Shown in pieces: positions 53,761 through 64,000 of a stretch of DNA of 64,000 bases. The position numbers and the translations under genes are program-made. The stretch is taken from contig NC_087436.1 of assembly GCF_036321535.1 (NCBI RefSeq), forward strand, positions 69,814,001 through 69,878,000, given 5' to 3'. The stretch's first letter is position 1. Each line of letters begins with the position of its first letter. Source of the stretch: Camelus dromedarius. Its lineage: Eukaryota. The notes beneath the pieces were generated by a model. The model was not told the DNA's origin. It was given only the letters and a program-made list of their open reading frames with translations, and searched no databases.

Positions 53761-56700
53761 GAAAGATCTCTAGCTAAGAAGAAAATTCCCAAAAAGTCTA
53801 CACAGAAACAGCCCACAACAGGCAAAAAGACAACAAAAACTGTTCTTTCCAAGAGTAAATCTATAAAACCATCTAAAAATAGACAGCCCATAACTCAAAC
53901 AGCAAAGAAAAGAACAAGTAAATACAGAAAGGGACCATCCAAACCTCCTAAGAAAGGTGCAAATCAGCTTAAATCTCTTCAAGGAAAGAAAAGACCATCT
54001 CCCTTAGCAAAGCAAAACTATAAAACAATCTAAAAAAAGGAAATCTACACTTACCAAAAGATGGTTGAAACCATCTAAACCAAAAGGACCATCTAAATCT
54101 AAAGGTCCATCTAAACCATCTAAACCCAAAATTCAGGTTGCACGGAAAAAATGCCCACATAGCAAAGTCACAAAACCACTTCTATTACATCCTTCATCTA
54201 AAGTTCATCATACCAAACTTCCTTACCCACAACAAAATCGACCACATAAGTGCCCACTGAAGGTTCATCAATTCTGTCCACTTCCACCAGGACCGTGGCC
54301 AAGTGCCCTGCATTCCCAGGCACATCAGCAGCAGCATCACCAACCTCACAAGCCACCCTGTCATAAACCAAAACCTCCAAAAAAGGCCAACGGGCCCTGA
54401 AGGCATTACAACTGAAGGCCCAACCACTGCAACTAAGGGATCAGAAGCAACCACCAGAATACCTGAAACCCTGTCCTCAATGGCTGCCACTACAGCCCGA
54501 GTAGCATCAACCACTAACTCAGCAACTGTTAGTGGTGCTGGTGCTGGTGCTGTTTCCACCACAACTGCATCAGCATCTGTGACGACATCAGAGGCACCTG
54601 CAGTGGCATCTACATGGCAAGAGTCTACTGCTTCTAGCTCTACAATCTCCATAAACTCAGGAGCGAGCTCCACAACCCTCTTAACCTCTGCCTCCACCAC
54701 CATTACACCTGATTTAACCATGGAGGTCTCAGAGACTGAAGCAAACACAGCAGAAGATACCACTCTCCCACCGACAGATGTTTCCACCACTCAAGATGCC
54801 TCTACAACTTCAGCAAACTCAGGTACCACATCCCCTGCTATGGTGGCCACCACTGCTGCAGCCACAACCTCCACACGTGTTGAAGCCACAACTGTAACAC
54901 CTTCCACAACCCTAGGGACTGGTGCTACCAGTGCTGGTGCTACCTTATTATTATCCATTGTTGCCACAACTGTTGGTGCTACTACCACAAAAGTACCTGG
55001 AACTTTTAGCATGGCTTCTGGTTCTGTCACAACCACAGTTGCTCCTGGTCCCACAACCACGGTTGCACCAAGTTCTACAACTGCCAGTGCACTTGGGACT
55101 GCCACCACAGCCACATCAAGTTCTACCATCACACCAGCGGGTGAGACTACCACTGAAACAGTGATTGACACAACCACTGAAACTAGTGCCACAGTGAATG
55201 AGGAAACCACAGAATCAGCCAATGACACAACTAAAGCTGCCACCACAACTTCACTTGATGGAGTCACAACTGGTGCAATGGACTCCACACCTTGGAAACA
55301 GACTTAACACCCACTGCTACTACAACTGCTGGATCCTCACCCCCAGCGCTGGTAGGAACAATCCTCACAACAGCAGCAGCCTCTTCAACTCTAGGGCAAG
55401 ATACAACCACCAGCGGTACAGCCACAACTTCAGCCATCAGTAACACAACTGCAGCTGTTGGCACAACTGTAGCAGGTGCTGCCACTTCAACCCCTGTTAC
55501 TTCAGCCCCTACTGCTGAACCTGATGTGTTGACCAGTCTGGTAGAAACCACCACCCAGCCTCCTGGAGCTACAATTCCAGGGGAAGAGGCTACCATTGGA
55601 CCAGCAGATGACACAACCACTAAAGCTGTCACAACTGTACCTGCTGATGCCACAACCCCCCCCCCCCCCCAGTTAACGCTACATCCTCAGCAGTAGACTC
55701 CACATCTCCAGCTGCAAGTACCACTGTTTCGGCAACAACCACAGTATCTGAAGGAACTGCCACTATAACTACAGCAGCCTCCACAACTCCAGGGGTTGGT
55801 GCCACCACAAGTGTTACCACCACACCTTCAGTCACTCATGCCACATCTTTTGATACCACCACAACCACACCAAGTGCTGCCACCACCACACAAGGTATTT
55901 CTCACTCTACTACTGAATCTGGTGCATTGACCACCAATGGTGAAACCATTAACCAGACCCCCAGTGCTACAGCTCCAGGGGGTGAGGCCACCACTGAGTC
56001 AGCAGATAACACAACCACTGAAGCTGCCACCACTCCAGCCAAGGGTGCCACAACTGCACCCACTGATGCCACAACCCCTTCAGCTGACTTCACAACCTTA
56101 GAAGCAGGCACCTTATTTGTGGCTACTACAGCAACAGCTGCTTCAGCTACAACCACCATTCCTATAGCAGCCACCACTGTAACAGTGGCAGCCTCCACAA
56201 GTAGTGTGACCACACCGTCAGCCTCGGGTGCCACAACTGTTACCAGTATGGGTGTACCAGATACTGGCAATTCCATCCCAGTTACTTTTGCTTCCACTGC
56301 TGTACCTGATTCTTCAACCACTGAAGCTACACCTGCAGTGGATGATAAAATTTTTGAACCTGTAGATGGCGTTAGCTACACAGCGGCCACTACAACTCCA
56401 TCACTCTCCGTCACGACCACAGGCTCTGAAGCTTTAACCACAGGATTGGACCCAGCAACCACAGGAGGTGAAACCACTGCCACTGACAGTGAGGTCACTA
56501 CTACCTCAGCCAACGACACTACTCTTCCTGCGACAAGTACTGTAGCTACCATGACTCCTGCAGAATCCACGGAACCCTCTGCGGTTTCCACAGCTGCAAC
56601 AGATACTACCACTCCACCTCCTAAAGGAACCTCCGCTCCTCCAGCCATCACAATGGCAGCAGCAACCACCACTGAAGCTAACGTGATTACTACTGCACCA

Positions 56701-58278
56701 GCGACAACCATCAGTCCCACAACCACAGTCACCACCAACACAGCCTCCACCGAAACCATGTCTGCTGCTGACAGTGGCACACAACCACCACCCATTACTA
56801 CAACCACAGCACCTACAGCCAGCGCTAGTGTTTCTGTCTCACCATAAATCAGTGCAGCAGCACATTTCAACATGTCGGCAACAGGTAAATTACTGCATGC
56901 AAAGAATAAAATGAGGAAATTCAGTAGTGTTCTGTATATCCCCAAATAGCTTACATATGGTTAGTTACTCCTGATCTGCCCAAATTTTTTATAGTTCTAT
57001 GAAAGAGAGCAGATATTCTCCCATTGTACGTATAGAATATAGAGTTATGGGATTAACTCAAATTCAGAACACATGGTGGTAAAGCCAGGTCTAGAATCCA
57101 AATCTCTTAACACGTAAGCCAACAGTCACAAAGCTTGGAATTCTAGAATAAAGATCCCAGAAGATATTTTATTTGACAGTTGACTCACAATCACTTCACT
57201 TCTTTTCCAAAATAAAGATTACTGAGCTCTGCCATTCTAGATACTATACATATTTCAAAATATATATAGATTTTGTATCTGTAGTATACAAAATCCTTGG
57301 GGGGTGAGGAGGAGTCTGATGCAAGGTTACAGGTATGAAAACACCCAGACAGCACCTGAGAAAGGGAAATTGGCAGATATACAAGCTCAAACATGAGGAT
57401 GAGTATCACAGTCAAGAAACTGTAAGCAGCTGTACTTGACTGAACCACAGAAAAAATAAAACCTCCATTAAGTTCTGATGGAAATGAGAGCATAATGCTA
57501 TTATTATGAAAGAAAATCCTTAGAGATGAAAATAAATTTAGAAAATTTTATAGCCTTGAAGATACAATATGACAAAAAATTTCTAATGTACATTATAGAA
57601 CATGATATATTATATGATATAAAACTCTAAGATAGAAGTAGCAGATTAGGACTATTTCAGAGAAAAGATTACTAGAGCATATAATCTATCAAAATTTTAT
57701 ACAGAGTTTAAAAAAAAAAAGATGTAAACATTCTAGGTAGTAGTAAATGATGGATTAGGCCTTAAACAAAGCTAGCTAGCTATGCCTGACTCTAAACATA
57801 AAACATCTAACTAAATATGTTTTACTCTAAAACAGAATTATGAGCTGTCAGGAAAATGAGAGAGTGGTGCTGGGGGCAGGGGCGCATAGACCATATAGAA
57901 TGGAATTCATTTCACATAAGAAATAGAAAATAACAATTTTAAAACAATTAGGTGATGTTTATAGGACAGTGAAAATTAATTTTATATTTCCCAACATTTT
58001 TTCTAGGTCCTACTCTACCTAAATATTAAATTTCTCACCTTAACTTTTGGCGATATTGCCTCAAGAACTGACTGTCATACTTCAGAAATGAGACCATTGT
58101 AGAAATTTTGCTTCTTTCACTCTCTCACTTCTTAAATGCATTTGGATTTACTTCTTTAGCTTTTGTTCAATAAATCATTTTGAGAATCATTTTTCCCTGT
58201 TTATCTCACACATTAGGAAGTAAATTAAAAACTTCATATGCTTGGTCCCACTAAAAAGCTCCCCATAATGAGCAATAC

Positions 58279-58800
58279 TGAAATAGAAGGTTGACCAAAA
58301 CCTTAATGTTCCCCTCAGCTTGACTAAACTTTAAACAGGTTTCTTCCTACCACCAGACCCCTGGAGTCTTAGACCATCTCTTTAGAAAAATTTCAATTGT
58401 AAATTCTTTCTCTGCCCCTTTGTAATATAAATCTTTTTTAAAGCCTCTTTCTAACTTTACAATTGAGGAATGTCTTTCTTAAGGACCTGCGAGCCAATGA
58501 AGACAGTGCCCCTATCTCTCTGTCTCTGTGGGAGGGTAGCAACCTAACTTGGATAAGCACCAATTAGCAAACACGGATGGTCTAATCACAGAGGAAAACA
58601 TTTGCAGACTCAAGAATCATACAATGTGTGTGACATAACCCATTGATCAGCATGCCCATAACATCCTCCAGTACTGTTCTGCCAGCTCACCTCAGTACTT
58701 AAAAACCTCTCATTTTTTTCCAGCAGAGTTGACTATTGCAATAGTCTTGAATGAAGTCTTCCTTGCCTGTTTTAACTTTGTTCTGCAATTTTTGCTTTCA
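58279..58800 (+). mobile_element. Solo ERV1-class LTR (MER34/MER39-like)
   Basis: TG...CA ends, about 520 bp, with the motif cccctcagcttgactaaactttaaacaggtttcttcct. Confidence 0.65.
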
Positions 58801-59789
58801 CTAGGTAAATGTGTGGACTACAGAAACTCTAAACAAATAAAATATGGTTAAAATTCCCATCAGCCAAGCTCTATAAGAAGACTTCAGAGGAATGGAAACA
58901 GAGGGTCACGCTCACTAGTATAATCTGAAATGTCCTTGCCATTTTGCCTACTTTTAAGACCAGGGAAAATACATATTAAATTTTTGAGACTGAGAAATTC
59001 TGAATTAAATATAACAAATATGCTTTTAAATATAAGCTGACTTCAGAAGAAAATAATAGTAAGAAAAACCCCTACAATACAAAAACAAAGTGGAAATGAA
59101 ATCCAAGGAGGAGAAGTTGGGCGTGAACTCTGAGACTGCCCTGAAGGACATGGTTCAACTTGGTAATCCAGGAGCTTGAATTTTAAAACCCAGATGAGTA
59201 CAAAAGAATGGGCATTGAGCCCATTCCAGACAAATACTTGGGATCAAGTCTCTCCATGTAAATCAGAAAGCCACATCCTTCAAATGGATTCAAAAAATTT
59301 TGATCACTGGTAAAGGGAAGTGAGAATGTGCTATACTCACTTGAGCCTGAAAGATTAAACAGAATTTAAGAGACATGGGCATAGATTGAGAATGAATAAT
59401 TTCCTTCCAATAAAATAATAAAAACAAAGAAACAGAGGTAATATTCAAAGATATAAAGGCTGAGAAATAGTCATATTATTCACATTTTTATTAAAATAAC
59501 AGTCATGTAGACATTTTAATGAGACAATCCAAAACCTACATGAATCTTGACCAGACTTCCCCTTGAGTGGGATCTAAGTAGTAATCGCGCTAGTGGATTC
59601 ATTGGACCAGGCCTGACATAGGGGGACCTTCTTAGCAAATAAATCAACATCAGGGGAGGAATATGGACATTTTGAAGGCCAAAGTATTGCTCAGCTTGTC
59701 TGTGTAGCTGAAGTACTCTCAAGGTTACCACTTATATTCCAGAACAGTAACAATAACAATTACTGACTGCTAATATGAATGTCACATGT

Positions 59790-59930
59790 TCACTGAATCG
59801 AATTGAATCTTAGTAACAACCCCATAAGGTTGGTTCTATTATTAGACTCTTTCCAGAAGAGAAAACTGAGGTTTTAGAGAGATTAAGTGTTTTGCTCAAA
59901 GTCAAAGAGCTAAGAAGTGGTGGATCTAGC
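59790..59930 (-). mobile_element. MIR SINE
   Basis: gaaaactgaggttttagagagattaagtgttttgctcaaagtca core. Confidence 0.65.
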
Positions 59931-60759
59931 ATTTATAAAATTACATCTAGAATTAAGGTAAAATAAATGAAAAGTTAACACACAACTAATTTAATTGCAG
60001 GTAACATCTTCAGCATAGAAATCTGGCTCAAAGCATGTGAAGAAGGTAGAATTCCTCTGAAAGAAAAAGGAATATAAACTGAGGTAGTTTTGACACATGA
60101 TCCATGGTAGGATGGCTCAGAGAATTATACTGGATATTCAATATTTTCATTCTACCAAAGGCCTTAAAAAGACTGCTGAATATAAAAGAAAGCACCTCAG
60201 AAAAAGAAATGATATGAGGAAAACTTTATTTAGAATTTCCATTTTCTGATAATCTGTAAAAGTTAGAAGAGTGTCTTGGACAGCATCAATATCAACACGC
60301 AGAGCTCTGAGGGGAGATCACCTGACCCCAGGACTTATCCAATATAACAGAAGGCAAACAGTACTCCTTTCTAGGATTTAAACACACAGGAATTGTTTGT
60401 ATTAAATTAACACCTAAAATATACATGAAAAGAAGTATGTCATAATATTCATTTCTGAATTACTGAAATTCACACTTAGCCCTTGTTGGCATGGACATTA
60501 AAAACACAAAATGCAAAATCAGAAGTGCACGATCCAATTCGTGTTTCCAAGGGAGCACATCATATAACCAGCCGCTACCCAGATGAAGGAATAGAGCATG
60601 ATAAGCACAGAAGTCTCCCACATGTCGCCTTCCAGACATTATCCTCGGTAAAAAGTAACTATCGGACATTCATCACTTCATTCTTGAGCTCCAGATCCCT
60701 ACTCCAATTGCTCTGTGAATTGAAAATATCTGTCCAGATATCAGGGAAGTAACTCAAGT

Positions 60760-61125
60760 GCTACTCGGGCTGCCACAACAAAATACCATAGACTGGGTGG
60801 TTTAAACAACAGAAATTTATGTTCTCATAGCTCTGGAGGCTAGAAGTCCAAGATCAAGGTGCTAGTCAATTCTATTTCTGGTGAAGGCTCTCTTCCTGGC
60901 TCGCAGATGGGTTTACATAGGCTTACCTCTAAATATGCTCACAGAGAGGAAAAGATCTCTTTCTTCTCCTTATAAGTCCACCAGACCCATCAAATTAGGG
61001 CCCTGTCCTTATGTCTTCATTTAACCATAAATATCTCTTAAAGGCCATATCTCCAAATACAGAAACACTGAGGGTTAAGGCTTCAACCTACAAATTTTAG
61101 CAGGGACAAAATTCAGTCCATAACA
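60760..61125 (-). mobile_element. MaLR LTR (MLT1A-like)
   Basis: aataccatagactgggtggtttaaacaacagaaattt...aattcagtccataaca. Confidence 0.8.
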
Positions 61126-61149
61126 GTTGTCAACAAACAAGATGGGAAA

Positions 61150-62760
61150 AACTATGGGAGCTTTTTTGTTGGGGGTTGGTATTTGGAATATATCAAAAGT
61201 TTTATCTAGACATGACATGTCTATTGACATCCAACTGGCTCTGTTAAATAAGAAATCAGATACATTAGTCTGGAATTTAGGCTAGATATCTGAGCTGGAG
61301 ATATTAATTTGATTATTATTATCATTTTGATGGTATTTTAGAAACATGTGACTAAATAAAATCATCAAAGGAGTATGCACATAGAAGGGAACAGATTCAA
61401 AGATGGAGGCATGGAATATTCCAGATGCTTGGAGAGATGAGGAAGAACCAATTAAGAACTACAAGGAGAGACTAGTGAAGTAGAAGAACAAGAGCATGTT
61501 GTATATTAGAAACCAAATGAAGAAAATGTTTCATCGAGGAAAGCATGATTGGCTGTGTCAAACACATTGTTAAGTCAAGTAAAATGAGGCCTTAAAATGG
61601 ACAACTTGATTTGACAACATAAAGGCGTGAGCAATTAGAAGGTATCAACTACCAGAGCAGTTTAGGTAGTGAAGACAAAAGCCTTTTGAAGCAGGTTGAA
61701 AAGACTCTGACAGAGACACTGAAGACAATTTTTTTTTAGTTGTTTTATTATAAGAAGAGCAGAGAAATGGGGCAGTATCTGGAGGAGAATGTAAAGTCAA
61801 GAGAAAAAAAGATCTGCTTTTATTTTTTTGTTTTATGATGGAAGAAAGAACATCATGTCTGTATACTGATGATAATGAGCCAACAAAGAGGGGGAAATAA
61901 TAACACAGGAGAGAGAGGATTACTGGAATAAAATCTTTAAATAGGAAAGGGAGTGAGATCTAGTCTAAAATGGAGGAGTTGGCCTTAAGCCTAGCTTTGG
62001 AGAAATCATCCATAGTAATTGGCAGGAAGACAGATTCACAAATTCAAATTACAGGGTACAGGGAAATATGATGGTAGAACTTGTGAATGATCTCTTTTGA
62101 TTTCATCTATTTATTTTTTCATGAAATAAGGGGCAAGGTTATCAACTAAGAGTGAGGATTAGCAGGAAATGTTAGAAATTTGAAGGGGAAGCTATAATAA
62201 GAAGATTCAGAAAGTGAACGGATTAAAGAACCTTATTATAATTACCATTCAGCATTAAGAGACACCTATAAGTGGTCATCGACTATGGATTTCTCTGAGT
62301 GCAAGAACAAAGTGGATGGAGAGTTAGATTTACTCCAAATTGATGTTTTTCCAAGCAAGTACAATAACGCAAGAGCAGAATAGCAGAATGAGGTAATTAA
62401 TGGTGTATGAAAAGGAGGGACTATAGAAATTGTTCATGGACTGTGAGTTGGATGAAAAGGACATTAAGGACTCACAAGGAGTAAGGAAGAGTTAAAAGTT
62501 GGTAGGATCAGTGGACTGGAGGTGTTTACAAGGTTAAAGAATTGCTAGAATCAGGGTAGCAGAGGGCTTTGTTTCTAATAGGGATTGTTAGCAAAGGTAT
62601 TTTATTTATAGCCATGAAAATGAGTGGCTAAAACAGAACAAGGGATAAGCATATAGGAAAAAAGAGTCAAGGAACTGAGAGAACAAAACTTTCAAAGCGT
62701 CTTCTATGTGGACAGGAAATCACCAACAGTTGAAAAAGGAGTGGTTTAGTGAACCAGGAG
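61150..62760 (-). mobile_element. LINE-2 body (degraded)
   Basis: Long purine-rich stretch with L2 motifs (tctgagctggagatattaattt, agtcaagtaaaatgagg). Confidence 0.55.
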
Positions 62761-62768
62761 ATAAAATC

Positions 62769-63328
62769 TGTGATGGTTATTTTTATGTGTCAATTTGACT
62801 GAGCCAAGGAGTGCCCAGATTAAACATTATTTCTGAGTGTGTCTGTGATGCTGTTTCTGGATGAGATTAGCATTTAAATTGGTGAACTCAGTAAAGTAGA
62901 TCACGCTCCCCAATGTGGGTATGCATCATCCAGTCCTCTTGGATCTGAATAGAAGAAAAAAAGTGGAGGAAGAATGAATTTGCCCCCTTTTGCTTCCTTT
63001 CTTCCTTCCTGTTTTATTTGGGACGTCTATTTTCTCCTGCTTTTGGACAAGGATATACACCATTAGCTACCCTTGTTCTCAGGCCTTGAACTGGACTTGA
63101 TTGCTCTGGGTCTCCAAATTGCAGACAATTCATCCTGAGACTTCTCAGCCTCCATAATCATCTGAACCAATTTGTCATAATAAATCTCTTCATTCATATA
63201 TACACATGTGTGTAGGTTCCATATATATATATATATATATGGATACATGTACATATACATATACATACACATACATATACATATATATGTAACCTATTGC
63301 TTCTGTTTCTCTGAAGAGCTCTAACACA
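62769..63328 (+). mobile_element. ERVL LTR (MLT2-like) with internal (TA/CA)n
   Basis: Starts tgtgatggttatttttatgtgtcaatttgactg, ends ctaacaca; TSD-like aaatc/aaatg. Confidence 0.82.
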
Positions 63329-64000
63329 AAATGTTTACAAGATTTGGGGGAGTTATTTAAGTGTCACTAAATGACTAGAGGCACTGGACATGTAGTGGAA
63401 GGTATATAATGACACCAGAGTCCAAGTTGGTGAAAGTTTATAGAGAGACACAAAGTGATCTGAAGCATCAGTAAAGAACAAGGGAGATATCTAACCCATC
63501 TCCAGGTTCAAAGGTGTAAGAGCCATAGAAAAGAGGCAAGATTTTAAACAGTTACAGGTAAAACCATGTCTTCAAGTTGGAGAAGCTTGATTTTAGATAT
63601 TTTGGATGTCATGAGGAATAAAGTGCATAATAAGATTAGTCTTCTTCATGGTCTCAAGGAAATAGTGGTGTTGAGTTTGGGGCTAGGAAGGGGTTAAAGT
63701 CTTGGGGCCTTGGATTCACTCTTATATATTGAGACATGAAGGTTCAAAAAGGGCCAGTCTTACCCCAGGTGGATGAGATTCTACTTTGAGCCCAGTGAGT
63801 ATAGTGACATGAAAAAGGGAGGATTTAACTCGCCTCGGAGTTCCCAGGGCTTCCTCTAGATCTCTGCTGGCCTTACTCTTGCTCCAGGCTATGCATGCTA
63901 TGGAGAAGCATGGGGATCAGACATTCTCTCTTTTTAACACAATCAACTCTTAGAATTCTCATTTCTGAGCCATTGTTCATTCTTTTTCTTACACCTAAAA

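Larger units (their letters stand above)
46782..58190 (+). pseudogene. Gene B: disabled (or mis-assembled) SCPP-family secreted mucin-like gene, about 1480 aa when reconstructed
   Basis: Candidate exon 1 ending 46909 (gaag|gtaatt). Exon 2 is 50937-51006 with TTG at 50953 in the start position (xKTVILTGLILVFAICFP|gtaag). Giant exon 3 is 52457-56884 (ctgcag|FSESQQPRHR...; stop TAA 56845-56847; ACAG|gtaaat). Terminal exon from 58007 with AATAAA at 58169. Seven frameshifts. Confidence 0.85.

Noticed and set aside
52582..54160. Minus-strand Phe/Leu-rich ORFs resembling membrane proteins
   Set aside because: Reverse complement of AAA/AAG Lys codons.
50937..56884. Calling gene B MUC7 or OPRPN/PROL1
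   Set aside because: The exon 2/3 junction is similar, but the size, Lys-rich domain, extra 3' UTR exon and position next to CSN3 do not fit; no symbol assigned.
54194..56945. Long minus-strand Val/Ala-rich ORFs
   Set aside because: Antisense shadows of the ACN/GCN-rich mucin exon; no splice or signal structure on that strand.
1..64000. CRISPR arrays, operons or other prokaryotic systems
   Set aside because: The sequence is mammalian with spliced genes; no regularly spaced repeat-spacer array was seen.

Overview
AT-rich mammalian genomic DNA, not prokaryotic. It is the casein/SCPP cluster of a camel (Camelus): the kappa-casein protein matches the camel sequence as I recall it, and a camelid tRNA-derived SINE is present. 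On the + strand it carries the last two exons of FDCSP, the complete five-exon CSN3 gene (about 12112-21470, 182 aa) and, downstream, two paralogous, apparently disabled SCPP-type genes for secreted mucin-like proteins: gene A at about 24.1-27.9 kb and gene B at about 46.8-58.2 kb. Both share an 18-codon signal-peptide exon and one giant exon encoding a Lys-rich basic region, a His/Pro/Cys linker and a Thr/Ser/Ala-rich acidic mucin region. Gene B reconstructs to about 1480 aa but has an ATG>TTG start and 7 frameshifts, and its non-coding first and last exons resemble those of CSN3. Also present are a third decayed Thr-rich relic (about 33.1-33.7 kb), an unexplained CpG-enriched coding-like 1.2-kb segment between FDCSP and CSN3, and many L1/L2/MIR/MaLR/ERV/MER repeats. 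All calls were made by eye from the sequence and recalled family knowledge; no searches were run, and repeat boundaries are approximate.
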